The notes: a model not told the origin generated them from the sequence alone. A stretch of DNA of 64,000 nucleotides from a virus (IMGVR_UViG_3300031994_000081:7932-71931); one strand, 5' to 3'; positions 1-11,925 are shown, numbered from the stretch's first letter. Made by a program: numbers and translations.

Positions 1-2325
1 GTAGATGCCCAAATAGAAGCAATGAAACAAAATCAACAGGGAGTACAAGCCAATTCCCTTGATGATTTAATGAATCAATGGTCATCTTTCAGATTAATGG
101 ACACAGACTTTGATGCTGATGACTATTATAAAGGTCCTAGTGATGGGGACATCTTCAAGAATACTTTAAGTTCAACTGTTTCTGGTGCTGCTACAGGGGC
201 TTCTGCTGGTCCTTGGGGAGCTTTAGCTGGTGCAGTTATAGGTCTTGGAAGTGGTCTTATTGGAGGACTTACTGGTAAAAGTAAGGCACAGAGTGCAGCA
301 GAGAAAGCAGCTGCTGATTTAAAGGCTGAGGCTGAAAGACAGAATGCTTATAAGCAAGCTTCTTTTGCTACCGCAGCACAAAGTTTAACTTCAAAGAATA
401 ATAGAATGTTAGCATCACAAATTGCAGCTTATGGTGGCCCACTAGGTATCAGTTTGCTACCTGTAGGTGGTGCTATTGATTATATGCAAAATGAAGAATT
501 ACTTTCTTCATTAGGAGAGAATATGACAAAGAATAATAATAGTAGAACCTCTATGCCTATGTTTGCATTTGGAGGTGCTTTACCTGGTTATGGTGGAGAT
601 TGGTCTAATGGACTTAACTTTATTAAAGCAGGTAAGAGACATGAACAAAATCCTATAGGTGGTGTACCTATGGGTGTAGCACAGGATGGAGTACCTAACC
701 TTGTTGAGGAAGGTGAAGTAGTCTGGAATGATTATGTATTTAGCAACAGGATTAATGTTCCTAAGGCTGTAAGAGATAGGTATAAACTCAAGGGTGGTGA
801 CAATATGACCTTTGCAGAAGCAGTTGAGAAGGCTCAGAAAGCATCTGCTGAGAGACCTAATGACCCAATTGAGAAGAGAACTCTTGACACTCTCCTTGCT
901 GGCTTAATGCAAGAGCAAGAGACTATTAGACAAGAGAAAGCTCAGAAGGAACAATTCAGTCAGATGGAAGACATGGCAGCATTTGCTGCTGATGGTGGTC
1001 CTATCCATATAGCAAAGAACAAGAGAGGTACATTCACAGCTGCTGCTACAAAGCATGGTATGGGTGTGCAAGAATTTGCAAGTCATGTACTTTCTAACAA
1101 GGATAAGTATAGCCCTGCTATGGTAAAGAAAGCAGTGTTTGTGCATAATTCAAAATCTTGGAGTCATGCTTATGGTGGACTTCTTGGAAGAATATTTAAA
1201 GGTGAAGGGGAATATCCTAATTACCTTTGGGGAACTAATCCACAAACAGATTTTAATCAAGGCTATGATTTATTATTTAAGGATTATAGTATCAAGCCTA
1301 GATTGACTAATGAAGATGTAATGTGGTTAAGAAATCCTGTTATGGTGGAAAATAGTCCATTAATGCCTACACCACCTACTGCTCCTGTAAGGCACCCTTG
1401 GAGCTATGGAATTGAAGATTTAGGTAAAGGTATTGCAGAACCAGCTCCTGTTTTAGGACCCTATAATCCAGAAACTGCAACTTCTGGTTCTGATGGAAAA
1501 AAATCAACAAAAGATAAAGCACCTTCCAACTGGGAAACTTGGTTAAGATATGCTCCAGTACTAGGTGCATCAGTTGGACTTGGCTATACCTTGTTTAATA
1601 GACCTGACCATAAGTATGCTAATGAATTGGAAGCTACTGCAAGAGAAGTTGTAGGTAATACTCCAAGAGTATCTTACACTCCAATAGGTGACTACCTTGC
1701 TTACAATCCATTTGATAGATTATTCTATGCAAATGAACTTGGTGCCCAGCAAGCTGCTACTAGAAGAGGTATCCTCAACCTCAGCAATGGTAATAGAGGT
1801 ACTGCACTTGCAGGTCTCTTAGCCGCTGACTATAGTGGTAACATTGGTCTTGGTAAACTCTTTAGAGAGGGTGAAGAATATAATCTTGCTCAAAGACAAA
1901 AGGTTGCTGAGTTTAATAGGGGCACTAATATGTACAACAGTGAGGCTGACCTTAAAGCTCAAATGGCTAATGCAGAACTTGATAAAGCTAAAGCAAGTAT
2001 ACTGCTTGATGCCAAGATGAAAGCTCTTGGTCTAAAGCAAGCTGAAGACCAAGCTTGGGATACAAGTCTTGCAGCAAACCTTACTGGCCTGTTTGATAAC
2101 ATTGGCAACATTGGTTGGGAAGCTGTTAATAGGAATATGATTTCCACCAACCCTGCTCTATACTATGACGTTGATAGGGATGGTACTATTCACTACAAAA
2201 ACATGAGTGGACTATCCAAAGATGAACAAGATTACATTAAGTGGAAAGCAGAAAGAGATGCAGCTAATAGGAAATCTAAAGGAGGATATTTAACTATAAA
2301 GAATAGGAGGAGAAGAAATGCCTAA
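1..2325 (+). CDS. Virion cargo/ejection-type protein, probably 5'-truncated by the window edge
   Basis: The frame is open from base 1 (VDAQIEAMKQ...). It has a glycine-zipper segment (GAATGASAGPWGALAGAVIGLGSGLIGG) and motifs typical of crAss-like cargo proteins (HEQNPIGGVPMG..VEEGEV, GGPIHI..RGTFTAAA). It lies upstream of the RNAP-associated giant genes. Confidence 0.6.
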   Translation, partial: VDAQIEAMKQNQQGVQANSLDDLMNQWSSFRLMDTDFDADDYYKGPSDGDIFKNTLSSTVSGAATGASAGPWGALAGAVIGLGSGLIGGLTGKSKAQSAAEKAAADLKAEAERQNAYKQASFATAAQSLTSKNNRMLASQIAAYGGPLGISLLPVGGAIDYMQNEELLSSLGENMTKNNNSRTSMPMFAFGGALPGYGGDWSNGLNFIKAGKRHEQNPIGGVPMGVAQDGVPNLVEEGEVVWNDYVFSNRINVPKAVRDRYKLKGGDNMTFAEAVEKAQKASAERPNDPIEKRTLDTLLAGLMQEQETIRQEKAQKEQFSQMEDMAAFAADGGPIHIAKNKRGTFTAAATKHGMGVQEFASHVLSNKDKYSPAMVKKAVFVHNSKSWSHAYGGLLGRIFKGEGEYPNYLWGTNPQTDFNQGYDLLFKDYSIKPRLTNEDVMWLRNPVMVENSPLMPTPPTAPVRHPWSYGIEDLGKGIAEPAPVLGPYNPETATSGSDGKKSTKDKAPSNWETWLRYAPVLGASVGLGYTLFNRPDHKYANELEATAREVVGNTPRVSYTPIGDYLAYNPFDRLFYANELGAQQAATRRGILNLSNGNRGTALAGLLAADYSGNIGLGKLFREGEEYNLAQRQKVAEFNRGTNMYNSEADLKAQMANAELDKAKASILLDAKMKALGLKQAEDQAWDTSLAANLTGLFDNIGNIGWEAVNRNMISTNPALYYDVDRDGTIHYKNMSGLSKDEQDYIKWKAERDAANRKSKGGYLTIKNRRRRNA

Positions 2326-4315
2326 TTATGGATTAGTTATTAATAGTAGGTTCAGACCTTTCTCATATCAAGAAATGCTTGCCCCAGTAGCTCAGGCTAC
2401 ACAGTCACATCAAGCTCTAGAAGATGCTTATAGTGAATTAAATACCAATGCCAGTATTTGGGAGGGGTTAGCTAACAAAGAGAGTGACCCAATTACTTAT
2501 CAGAGATATAAAGATTTTGCTGACGCTCTTAAAACTCAGGCAGATGAATTAGCAGCCAATGGCCTTACTCCCACTTCAAGACAGGCAATGAGTAATTTAA
2601 GAGCTAGATATGCCAGTGATATTATCCCAATAAAGAATGCTTATGATAGAAGGCAGGCTGATATAAAGACTCAACATGAGGTAATGATAAAGGACCCTAC
2701 GCACTTCTTTAATAGAAGGGCTAATGAGGTTTCTTTAGATGAATATTTAACTAATGATAAACTGGATGTTTTATCAGACCAGTATAGTGGAGCCTTGCTT
2801 ACTCAACAGGTAGGTCAAGCAGCACAAACATTGAAAAATACCCTTACTAATAAAGGTGCTTTAACTAAACTTGGTCTTCCCTATCAATATGAGAGGATGC
2901 TGCAATATGGTGCTTCTGCTGAGGATGTTATGAGAGCTATGTCAAGAGACCCAAAGGCAGCTCCAATACTTACCAAGCTAGTGGATGATGTTATGGCATC
3001 TTCTGGTATCAGGAATTGGAGCAGCATGAATGGAGATTGGGAGAACAATGAAATGTATAGAAGAGCTGAAGCTTATGCCATGCAGGGACTCTATAATGCT
3101 ATTGGAACCACTAAGATGGAACATTTCACCGACTCTTATAATATGCAGAATGCTCTAGCACAACAGGAGTTTAATAGAAAACTTGAGTTAGAAAGAGAAA
3201 AGGCTAGAGTAAAAGCAGAGCAGGATAAGAAAGAAAGAGCAGCCTCTTTAGGAACTCGTCAGAGATATGACATTACTCAAGATGATAGAATAAAGAAGTA
3301 CAAGAGGTTGGGAATCCTTCAGGAAGATGCTAATGGTCATTTAAGTGTAGATAGAGCTGCATTTGAAAAATTCAGTAAAATGTCCCCAGCTGAAATGAAA
3401 CAATATTCTGAAGACCTCAGTGCTCAGATAAAGGTAATAGATGACATGACAAAACATCCTGCTAAGGGTGGTCAGAGGAATCCAAACTACTTCCAATACA
3501 TAACTTATGATGATGCTAGGAGAATGTTCCCAGAACTAGGATTCCCCTCTGGAAATAAAGGACTGAATGTCAATGACCAAGCAAAATTAAAGAAGCATCT
3601 TGACAATACTAGGGCATCTCTAATAGAAACAAGGGATGCTTTCAATAGTGGAACTGGAGTAGCACAGCTGTACTCAGATTTTGGTGATTTAGGAGGTTTA
3701 AGTGCTGGTGATGTAAGAACAAACATAGACCTCTTTGAAAGAGCACTTAATGCCAATATCGGTGACAGGTACACAATGAATCAGAACTTGTATTACACTG
3801 TGGATGAGAGTCAATCCAAAGCATTCTTAAACAGTGCTAAGAATAAACAAGGTAGTCTAGCAGGATTACCACAGTACTACCTAGATGAAAGAGGTAACTT
3901 TAGAAAACCTTCTAGTATAAGTACTCAAGACTTAGATGCCTCTGAAATCCATAATGTGATTGTGAGAAAAGGCAAGGATGGAAAGACTCATGCTTACTAT
4001 GAACTAACCACGAAGAGTGGAGAGGATGTTGCTCTTCAGTTACCTGATGACCTTGCTACTTCTCTGATTAGGTATAGTGATGACTTAGACGCTGCCAAAC
4101 ATGACTACCTTGTATATCAACAAACTCTAGAGCAGGACAAAATAGACCTTCCTTATAGAATGAGGATGGAACATAATGGTCAGCTTACACTCCCTGATAG
4201 AAGTGATATAGCGGTCACTGTAGATGATTTAGATAATATTCTAGATAATTTTGCACTAGCAGCAGCTGACTTAGCTAAGACAAATAAAACAAAACCTGTA
4301 GAAATGCAGCCTTAA
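2318..4315 (+). CDS. Putative virion cargo protein (665 aa)
   Basis: Long ORF overlapping the previous stop codon. The N-terminus (FRPFSYQEMLAP) and the position are typical of crAss-like ejection proteins. Confidence 0.5.
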   Translation: MPNYGLVINSRFRPFSYQEMLAPVAQATQSHQALEDAYSELNTNASIWEGLANKESDPITYQRYKDFADALKTQADELAANGLTPTSRQAMSNLRARYASDIIPIKNAYDRRQADIKTQHEVMIKDPTHFFNRRANEVSLDEYLTNDKLDVLSDQYSGALLTQQVGQAAQTLKNTLTNKGALTKLGLPYQYERMLQYGASAEDVMRAMSRDPKAAPILTKLVDDVMASSGIRNWSSMNGDWENNEMYRRAEAYAMQGLYNAIGTTKMEHFTDSYNMQNALAQQEFNRKLELEREKARVKAEQDKKERAASLGTRQRYDITQDDRIKKYKRLGILQEDANGHLSVDRAAFEKFSKMSPAEMKQYSEDLSAQIKVIDDMTKHPAKGGQRNPNYFQYITYDDARRMFPELGFPSGNKGLNVNDQAKLKKHLDNTRASLIETRDAFNSGTGVAQLYSDFGDLGGLSAGDVRTNIDLFERALNANIGDRYTMNQNLYYTVDESQSKAFLNSAKNKQGSLAGLPQYYLDERGNFRKPSSISTQDLDASEIHNVIVRKGKDGKTHAYYELTTKSGEDVALQLPDDLATSLIRYSDDLDAAKHDYLVYQQTLEQDKIDLPYRMRMEHNGQLTLPDRSDIAVTVDDLDNILDNFALAAADLAKTNKTKPVEMQP

Positions 4316-4326
4316 AATAAAATAAT

Positions 4327-7300
4327 ATGAGCATTAGAGATATAACTCAAACAGGAGAATTATCACATTCCCAATTACAAGAAGAAAATGCTGCTCCGTT
4401 TTCTCAAGGAACACCAAGATGGAAAATATCTGCAAGTACTCCTTACAATAGCAGGAGTACTGTCCTAGATGATTATATGGAACCTAGTCAAGGGTTCATT
4501 AGAGACTTAGGAGTTTCTTCAGAATTTGGTAATAGTTCTTATGATGTTACAGAAGATGCTAGCCTTCAGGATATACTTGATTATGAAAACCTAAGAGGCC
4601 AGAGACAATCTGGTTTAGCAAAATTAGGGTCTGGTATTGCAAAAGGAGTAGCCTTAGCAGCTACTACCTTCCTTGATGGTACTCTAGGCTTAATAGCAGG
4701 TGGTATAGAGGCAGCATCTACTGGAAGAATAAGTGCCCTTTGGGATAATGATGTCAGTAATGCTCTTCAAGATATAAACAGGAGTCTAGAAGAGATACTT
4801 CCCAACTATAGGACACAAGAGGAACAAGAGAGACCCTGGTATCAGAATCTTGGTACTATGAACTTTTGGGCTGATAGTGTAATCAAGAATTTAGGTTTCA
4901 CTGTTGGTGCTTTCTATAGTGGTGGTGTATGGACAAAAGGTCTCAAGGCTGCTGGTATACTGAAGAAAGGGCTCTCTTCAAGTGTTGTAGGAAGCCTTAT
5001 GTCAGGACTTAATGAAGGTAGAATTGAGGCTAACAATGGACAGAGGGATTTTCTAGAACTACAGAATGCCCAAATAGAGGATGCTTATAATCAGAAGTAT
5101 CAAGAAATCATTGGTAGCAATTCTTCTGATGAAGATAAATTAGCTGCACTAACACAGCTAGACAAGGATGCTGAGGCTCTTAGACAGGATGCTCTTGAAA
5201 GAGGTCATGCTATGGGTCTTACCACACTTATTGGTAATACTATACTCCTTACTGCCTCTAATATGTGGCAGTTTGGTAAACTATACAGCAAAGGCTTTGC
5301 TAATCATGCTGAGGTAAAGGCAGCTGCAAAAGCAGCAGGAAAAGAAGCTCCAACCATAATGGAGGAAGGAGCTAGACTAAAGGCTGCTGATGATATGATG
5401 TCCAAGCTTGGCAATAGATATGTAGCCAAGACTACTAGTAGAGGTAAGGCTCTTCTGAGAGGCACAAGCAATGGTCTTGCAGAAGGTTTTGAAGAAATGA
5501 GCCAACAATGGATTCAGAGTGGTGCTGGAGAAATGTATTCTCCTGACTCCCCTGATGCTTACTATGAGGCTCTAGTCAATCATAATTCTCAGTTAGCTAC
5601 CCAAGGGTTCCTTACAGGTATGGCTAAGGGCTTCACAGAGTCTTACGGTGATGGTTCCCAATGGGAGCAATTTGCTGTAGGTACTCTGACAGGCTTATTT
5701 GGTATGCCTACCTTTGGTAGAGTAAACAATGCTGATGCTACCACATACCTTGGCAGAGGTAAAGCAGTTGGTATCAGTGGTGGTCTCTTTGGTGAAATGA
5801 GAAATGCCAAAGAGCAAAATGCTTTGAATACAAGGACTGCTGATGCCATGAATAAGTACCTTGACAAAATAGAAGCTCAGACTTCTCATTTTGTTCAGAG
5901 CAAATCCTTCACTGATGCAATGGATGGTTTTGCAGCAGACAAGAATAGATTTGAATATCAGAATGCTTCTGACAATGATGACTTTGCAGCTATTGCTGCC
6001 TTTGCTACTGCTGGAAGACTCAGCGACCTAAAGGATATTATCAACCAAGACTTTGAGAATATATCTGATGAGGAACTAGCAAGCATTGCTAGAAACACTA
6101 CACCTAATGTTACTATTAATGAAGAGGGTAATGCAGAAACCAAAGACCAGAATGGCAATGTCTTAACTGGTGGTTGGAGAGCTGCTGATGGTACTCTGCT
6201 ATCTGACACTGAAGAGGGTAGAAAGCAGATGAAAGAAGAGTTGGTCAAGAAGAGAGATAAAATGATTAAGGCTGTGGATGACTATGAGCAATCAGTCAAT
6301 CTTGTAAGAGGCATAGCTAATAATCAACTCAATGATGACCAACTGAATGAACTGGCATGGTTACATTGGAAGGGTAAGCAATTCACAGACAGATACAACT
6401 CTATTAAAGGAGAACAGAGTGACATTCTGCAAAGGCTAAGACAAATTGCCAATGAGATTAGTGAGGCTCCTTTTGAGAGTAATAGGGATGTACTACTGAC
6501 AAACTTACAGAATAAGTATAATTCCATTGTGTCTGATAGGCAGAGCATTGAAGAGGCACTAGAATTATACACCCAAGAAGAAGCTTCTCTAAGAGAGAAC
6601 CTTCAACAGACTAAAGCCCAGTTAGAGCAACTTAAAGAGGTTGCAACTGCTAGAGAGTCTGTTATAAATGCAGAACAGCAGAGGAGACTTAATGCTATAG
6701 AAAGAGGTGGCACTAGCAGACAAAAGAGGCTAGAAAGGGCACAAAATCTACAGCAAATAGCTGCTGCAATGAGTGAGCAAAAATCTCGCAATGAGAAGAT
6801 ACAGAGCCTCGAAGCTTCTATTACTGGAATAACTGAAAAAGGTAAAGAAATCTCAAGGAAAAAGCTAAATGCCAAGAAGAGACTTGCTACTGCAAAGCAA
6901 GCTGAAAAGGATGCCAAGCATGAATATGACATGGTATTCTACAATGATGATACAGAGAATCTGAAATCCTTACACAAAGCACAGTCTCAAGCAGCTGGTA
7001 ATCTAAGGGACTTCCTTGATTATCTAAGCACTGCTGAGAATCCTGTTGCCCTTGCCAGTAGAATTGAAGCAAATGAGAAGATAGTAAATGCTCTAAGCAA
7101 CCCTGTTGTTAAAGCTATTCTACAAAGTAGATTAGGTGAAGATGGTGAGAATATTGACAGATTCTTAGAATCCCTACAAGACACTGCAAAGATAGCCAAG
7201 GCTGCTAAGACATTCGGTGAGAGACTTGAAGAGTTCAGAAAGAATCCTCTCAATATTCAAAAGAGAAGGAATAAAATCAAACAAAAGGCAGAAGCCATAA

Positions 7301-10300
7301 AGCAATCAAGGGAAGATAGTAAGAAGAGGAAAACTGTAGAGACTGCCTCTGTGAATGAACTTGTTAATAGTGACCTAGACTTAGATGATTTAGAAGGTGT
7401 CTTAGGAAGTGACACTCCTGAGGATGGTGTTACTACTATGCAAGGAAGTTCTAAACAAAAAGTCAAAGAGGCAAAGACTATAAGACAGCAAGTATCTAAT
7501 ATGGAGGATGCCATAAATAGGTCTAATGCTCCAGAGCAAACTAAGAAGGATGCTAGGGTCTTACTGAATAATGGTAAACTTACTTCTGAGGACTTATCAC
7601 AGCTACAGGATTTAACTAGTGAAGCTTATAATGACCCTAGTTCATTAGAAGTGGATGCCTCTATGATTGGAGCAACTCCTGAAGAGATGCAGGAAGCAAT
7701 GCAACAGAGAGTTGATGCTGCCAAATCTCTATTATCAGAAATGCAGGCAGCTGTAGCTGAACAAAATGCAGAGGATGATAATTGGATTGCCAAATGGGGT
7801 GCAGAAACAAATGATGAAATAAATGACCTAATAAACAGGATGGCTTCAGCTGAGGAGATAGAGGCTGAGAAGGCTAGGAAAGATGATACTACTGGCCATG
7901 ATGGTGTGGAAGATGGTATGTCAATACAAGATGAGACTGCTAGAAGGAATCAAGCAGAAGAAGCTAGGAATGCTGCTATGCAGAATCCTATGAGAGCAGG
8001 TAATCAAGCTGATATAATCCTAGATGAGGCTGGATTAGACAAAGAGCAATACCATGAACTTGCTACCAATATGGTAAAGAGTTTCTATGATATGACCAAG
8101 CAAGGTGTACCTGCAAGGGATGCTTTGGTTTCTATTCTTTCTAATGATGACTTTGCTCCTATATTACAGAATGCCAATGCTAGTGTTGCTTTACAAAATT
8201 TTATTCAAAGATGGAGAGAATCAAAGATGCAACAAACCCAAGCTACTCAAGCTCAACAAGAATCTCCTAGGGAAATTCCTACCCCTGAAATCTCACAGGA
8301 ATCTGTTGATAAAGATAAAAATACTGATAATGCTAGAATAAAAGAAAGAAATGACCAATCTCTTGCTGAAAACACACTGGGAAATATTAAGCAGTATTGG
8401 AGACCTACCACTACTTTAATGCCAATACATAGTATTGGTAGAGGTAGAAAGTTTTATAGTGATGAGTATTTAAAGACTACTACCTATTCTGAATCATATA
8501 AAAAGAAAATAAAAGCAGTGGGTGAATATCTTGAGAGAGTAGGTGCTTTTGATAGGGTAGATAGGGGTGAAATACAAAAGGGTGATAAAGTTCACTTTGT
8601 TATAGATAGTACCTTAAATGCTGATGCAGGAGAAATAATCATTCTTATGGCTAAAGAGGTAGTCAAAAAGAATGAGCATGGGGAAGTTATAAAAAATGAT
8701 GAAGGTAATGAGGTAATAGAATATCAGGTTATTGGGGATGTGGCTGCCTCTTATGAAAAAACGACTCCAAATTATGTAGGTTTATCATCATTCATATCAA
8801 GAGTACAAAAAGAATACCAAGAAGCAGGTTCTCCTGAATATTTTGTTAGTAAGGAAGTATCTGAAATAGATAAAAGATTAATTGGTAAAGTACCTTACTC
8901 TACACAAAGTCATACTTTGAATGAAGTACATACTGATAATGGTACTCCTATACCTTTTAAACTGGGTGTTGCAATGAGTAGTGGCAGAATGTCTTATATT
9001 TCCACATCATATAGAACTACACGTCAAGGACAGAGTGAAGAAGAAAAGCAGATTTTACCTCCATTAAATGCTACAGCTGGTCAACCTTACTTGATTATGC
9101 CTACTGGAGATACTAAAAGTAATAATAGATTTATCGCAGTACCTTTTATTATGGATAAGTTTGGTCCTAACAATATGAATACCCAATTAGGTCAAGCTAT
9201 TCAGACTGTAATCAGAGATATTATAAAAGGTGATAATAATAAAGCAGGTAGTTTAAGGTTACAAATAGAGGAATTATTATCCGCTAATATACATATTAAT
9301 TATGATGGTCAAGGTAATCTTTGGATAAGATTAGGTGAGGGTGAACAAGCTAGAACTATCTTTGATAGTAGGAATAATACTCCTGGAATCTTAAACAATC
9401 TTACAGAAGATTCCACAAATGACCTTGTAAGACAAATATCTTTAGGATTGCAAGGGACACCTTTCCAAGTAAATAGAAAGTACCTTAATACTACCTACAA
9501 GGGTCAGGACTATAATAGAATGATTGGTGAGATTGCTACTATCAATCTTGGTATTGGTGATACTCATACAATCAGCAACTGGTTTACTGTCAATCCCATT
9601 AGTGAGGATGGCACTATTGTTAGAGCCAAATCTCCTAAAACAACTAGAACAAATCCTAATGCTGCTTCTAATAGATTAATTACATTCCCTCTTAGCGATG
9701 GTAAAAATGCTTCAGTGGATTTAGGTGCTAAAGAAGTATATATAGATGGTAATTTATATACAGAAGATACTGTTATAAGGGATAAATATCTTGCCCATGC
9801 TTATGGTATTCATAGTAATAAAGATATGAATCAGCCTTATCAAAGTGAATGGGGTTATTATAATCCTGTTACTTTCAAGTTTGAAGCAGCCCCTACAACA
9901 GCTCCTATACAAAGGTCCCTAGGTGCTAACTTGATTACACCACAACCTATTAATGGTATCAACACTACCATTGAAACCACTAGTGGTAACAATGTCAAGG
10001 TGTCCGTTGCTTATGATAGTAGTAATGCTCTAGGAGACAGATTGGCTAACACTCATTTCAATGAGGATGGTTCCTGTATCATTACTATTAACAACAATCT
10101 TACACTAGACCAATTCTTTGACTACATTCTAGGCAGAGGTGCTAATGAGGGTGATAATACTCCACAAGCACAAAAGGTAGCTGTCTTTAATAGACTGAAA
10201 GAACAATCAGGAATTACTGAGGAAATCCTCAAGGAAATCATCAACACTCCTGAGAAGGCTAAAGAACTACTACTAGAGCATGAGCTGAGTCATATAGAGA

Positions 10301-11904
10301 ATGAGCATAGAGAAGGATACTATGATGAGAATGAGGATAGAAAGAATCCTAACTATCTTACCGAGAAAAAGGTAGACAGGGAATATGAGGCTACTTTAGA
10401 AGCTCTTAGAATAGTAAATAGGAAATATGCTACTGACAATGTTAAGATGGCAGAATCCATGTATGGTGGTTACTTTGAGGGGGGTGGAGCCATTATTGAG
10501 AATGACTACCACATTGATGAGAATGATGAAGAGGCCAAGGCAGCAATCAGTGCTTTTGAGAATGCTTCAATGTTTGGAATACCAACTAATAGCATTGCCA
10601 AAAGATTCTTAGAAGTCATCAAGAAATATGCTCCTGAGCAATATGCTAATGACAAGAAAACTTTCTCTGAGAGAACACAGGCAAGACAAGAAGAGCCTTC
10701 ATCAACCTCTTCAAGACCACAAGAGAGTAATTTACAAAAGTCTAATGAGGAACTAGCTAAGGCTAAAGGATTACTTGGTGATGCTACTTCTAGAAAAGCT
10801 TTTGCAGCCCTAACAGAAGCACAACAAGCTGCTCTGCTAAACATCCAAGGGCCTAGAGCAAAGCAATTGATGATGCAAATCAAACTCCACTTTAGAGTAA
10901 GAGATAATAAGTTCAGTATCAATGTGAGCCAGCTTCTTGGTCTTGAAGGGAAATATGAAATGCTAAGAGACACTTCTCTTGACTCCAAACCCTTTGACTT
11001 TGAAAGAGACCTTCCTAGAGAATTAAAATGGATGGCTAAAGCTTTACCACAATTCTCAAAGCAGGAGAGGATACAACTCATCAAAGGTCTTATGACTATG
11101 GATGGTGATAGTATAGCTCTAGGTATGTTCAAGGATGGTATTATCTACCTCAACTCTGAGGTACAAAGAAGAGGCACTGTATACCATGAAGCATTTCATG
11201 CTGTGTTTGATACTCTGCTAAGTGAAGAAGAGAGACAGGCCATCTATGATGCTGCCAAGGAACAATTTGGTAATCTTGATGTACTATCACTAGAGGAAAA
11301 ACTGGCTGAGGACTTTAGGCAATATGTAGAATATGAGGAGTATGCTCCTAATGAGGGATTAAGAAATGCAGTAGTCAGATTTTGGAGGAAACTAAAGAGA
11401 ATGGTCAATCACCTCTTAGGTAAAGATTCCACTATCAACGCTTTGTTCTACAATATTAACAAAGGTAAATACTCAAATAGAAGTATTCAGGATGTCTCTG
11501 GTGAGGCTAAGTATATGAGTGGAGCACAAGAGGTAGCTAAAGACATTTTCTTCAAGGAAGTGTATAACCAAGACCTTACTGAAGGCATGGTTGCTGATAT
11601 TAATAGGAGACTTCAAAGACTATCTGATTCTGTAGGAGATATGCCTTGGCACCTAAGGGTAAGTAGCAAAGGTAACTACTACATCGCTGGATATAAAAAC
11701 TGGGCTGTTACTTCTGATGACTATTATACTCCTTATGGGAGCCTGAGAACAAGGTCAAGATACAGACTGCTAGAAAGCACTTATGAGTATGACAGCCTAT
11801 CACAAGAAGATAGAAAAGTGTTATCAGATAATGGAATATCTCAAGAAGAGTACAATAGTATGAATCTGACAGAAAAAGAATTTCTACTCAACCATTGTAG
11901 GTAA
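4327..11904 (+). CDS. Giant virion cargo protein (2525 aa) with hydrophobic N-terminal helices, coiled coil and zincin-like motifs
   Basis: Hydrophobic Gly/Ala-rich N-terminal helices, a coiled-coil middle, and HELSH and HEAFH...EEKLAEDF motifs. Confidence 0.6.
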   Translation: MSIRDITQTGELSHSQLQEENAAPFSQGTPRWKISASTPYNSRSTVLDDYMEPSQGFIRDLGVSSEFGNSSYDVTEDASLQDILDYENLRGQRQSGLAKLGSGIAKGVALAATTFLDGTLGLIAGGIEAASTGRISALWDNDVSNALQDINRSLEEILPNYRTQEEQERPWYQNLGTMNFWADSVIKNLGFTVGAFYSGGVWTKGLKAAGILKKGLSSSVVGSLMSGLNEGRIEANNGQRDFLELQNAQIEDAYNQKYQEIIGSNSSDEDKLAALTQLDKDAEALRQDALERGHAMGLTTLIGNTILLTASNMWQFGKLYSKGFANHAEVKAAAKAAGKEAPTIMEEGARLKAADDMMSKLGNRYVAKTTSRGKALLRGTSNGLAEGFEEMSQQWIQSGAGEMYSPDSPDAYYEALVNHNSQLATQGFLTGMAKGFTESYGDGSQWEQFAVGTLTGLFGMPTFGRVNNADATTYLGRGKAVGISGGLFGEMRNAKEQNALNTRTADAMNKYLDKIEAQTSHFVQSKSFTDAMDGFAADKNRFEYQNASDNDDFAAIAAFATAGRLSDLKDIINQDFENISDEELASIARNTTPNVTINEEGNAETKDQNGNVLTGGWRAADGTLLSDTEEGRKQMKEELVKKRDKMIKAVDDYEQSVNLVRGIANNQLNDDQLNELAWLHWKGKQFTDRYNSIKGEQSDILQRLRQIANEISEAPFESNRDVLLTNLQNKYNSIVSDRQSIEEALELYTQEEASLRENLQQTKAQLEQLKEVATARESVINAEQQRRLNAIERGGTSRQKRLERAQNLQQIAAAMSEQKSRNEKIQSLEASITGITEKGKEISRKKLNAKKRLATAKQAEKDAKHEYDMVFYNDDTENLKSLHKAQSQAAGNLRDFLDYLSTAENPVALASRIEANEKIVNALSNPVVKAILQSRLGEDGENIDRFLESLQDTAKIAKAAKTFGERLEEFRKNPLNIQKRRNKIKQKAEAIKQSREDSKKRKTVETASVNELVNSDLDLDDLEGVLGSDTPEDGVTTMQGSSKQKVKEAKTIRQQVSNMEDAINRSNAPEQTKKDARVLLNNGKLTSEDLSQLQDLTSEAYNDPSSLEVDASMIGATPEEMQEAMQQRVDAAKSLLSEMQAAVAEQNAEDDNWIAKWGAETNDEINDLINRMASAEEIEAEKARKDDTTGHDGVEDGMSIQDETARRNQAEEARNAAMQNPMRAGNQADIILDEAGLDKEQYHELATNMVKSFYDMTKQGVPARDALVSILSNDDFAPILQNANASVALQNFIQRWRESKMQQTQATQAQQESPREIPTPEISQESVDKDKNTDNARIKERNDQSLAENTLGNIKQYWRPTTTLMPIHSIGRGRKFYSDEYLKTTTYSESYKKKIKAVGEYLERVGAFDRVDRGEIQKGDKVHFVIDSTLNADAGEIIILMAKEVVKKNEHGEVIKNDEGNEVIEYQVIGDVAASYEKTTPNYVGLSSFISRVQKEYQEAGSPEYFVSKEVSEIDKRLIGKVPYSTQSHTLNEVHTDNGTPIPFKLGVAMSSGRMSYISTSYRTTRQGQSEEEKQILPPLNATAGQPYLIMPTGDTKSNNRFIAVPFIMDKFGPNNMNTQLGQAIQTVIRDIIKGDNNKAGSLRLQIEELLSANIHINYDGQGNLWIRLGEGEQARTIFDSRNNTPGILNNLTEDSTNDLVRQISLGLQGTPFQVNRKYLNTTYKGQDYNRMIGEIATINLGIGDTHTISNWFTVNPISEDGTIVRAKSPKTTRTNPNAASNRLITFPLSDGKNASVDLGAKEVYIDGNLYTEDTVIRDKYLAHAYGIHSNKDMNQPYQSEWGYYNPVTFKFEAAPTTAPIQRSLGANLITPQPINGINTTIETTSGNNVKVSVAYDSSNALGDRLANTHFNEDGSCIITINNNLTLDQFFDYILGRGANEGDNTPQAQKVAVFNRLKEQSGITEEILKEIINTPEKAKELLLEHELSHIENEHREGYYDENEDRKNPNYLTEKKVDREYEATLEALRIVNRKYATDNVKMAESMYGGYFEGGGAIIENDYHIDENDEEAKAAISAFENASMFGIPTNSIAKRFLEVIKKYAPEQYANDKKTFSERTQARQEEPSSTSSRPQESNLQKSNEELAKAKGLLGDATSRKAFAALTEAQQAALLNIQGPRAKQLMMQIKLHFRVRDNKFSINVSQLLGLEGKYEMLRDTSLDSKPFDFERDLPRELKWMAKALPQFSKQERIQLIKGLMTMDGDSIALGMFKDGIIYLNSEVQRRGTVYHEAFHAVFDTLLSEEERQAIYDAAKEQFGNLDVLSLEEKLAEDFRQYVEYEEYAPNEGLRNAVVRFWRKLKRMVNHLLGKDSTINALFYNINKGKYSNRSIQDVSGEAKYMSGAQEVAKDIFFKEVYNQDLTEGMVADINRRLQRLSDSVGDMPWHLRVSSKGNYYIAGYKNWAVTSDDYYTPYGSLRTRSRYRLLESTYEYDSLSQEDRKVLSDNGISQEEYNSMNLTEKEFLLNHCR

Positions 11905-11925
11905 TACTGAAAGAAAAAAAAAAAA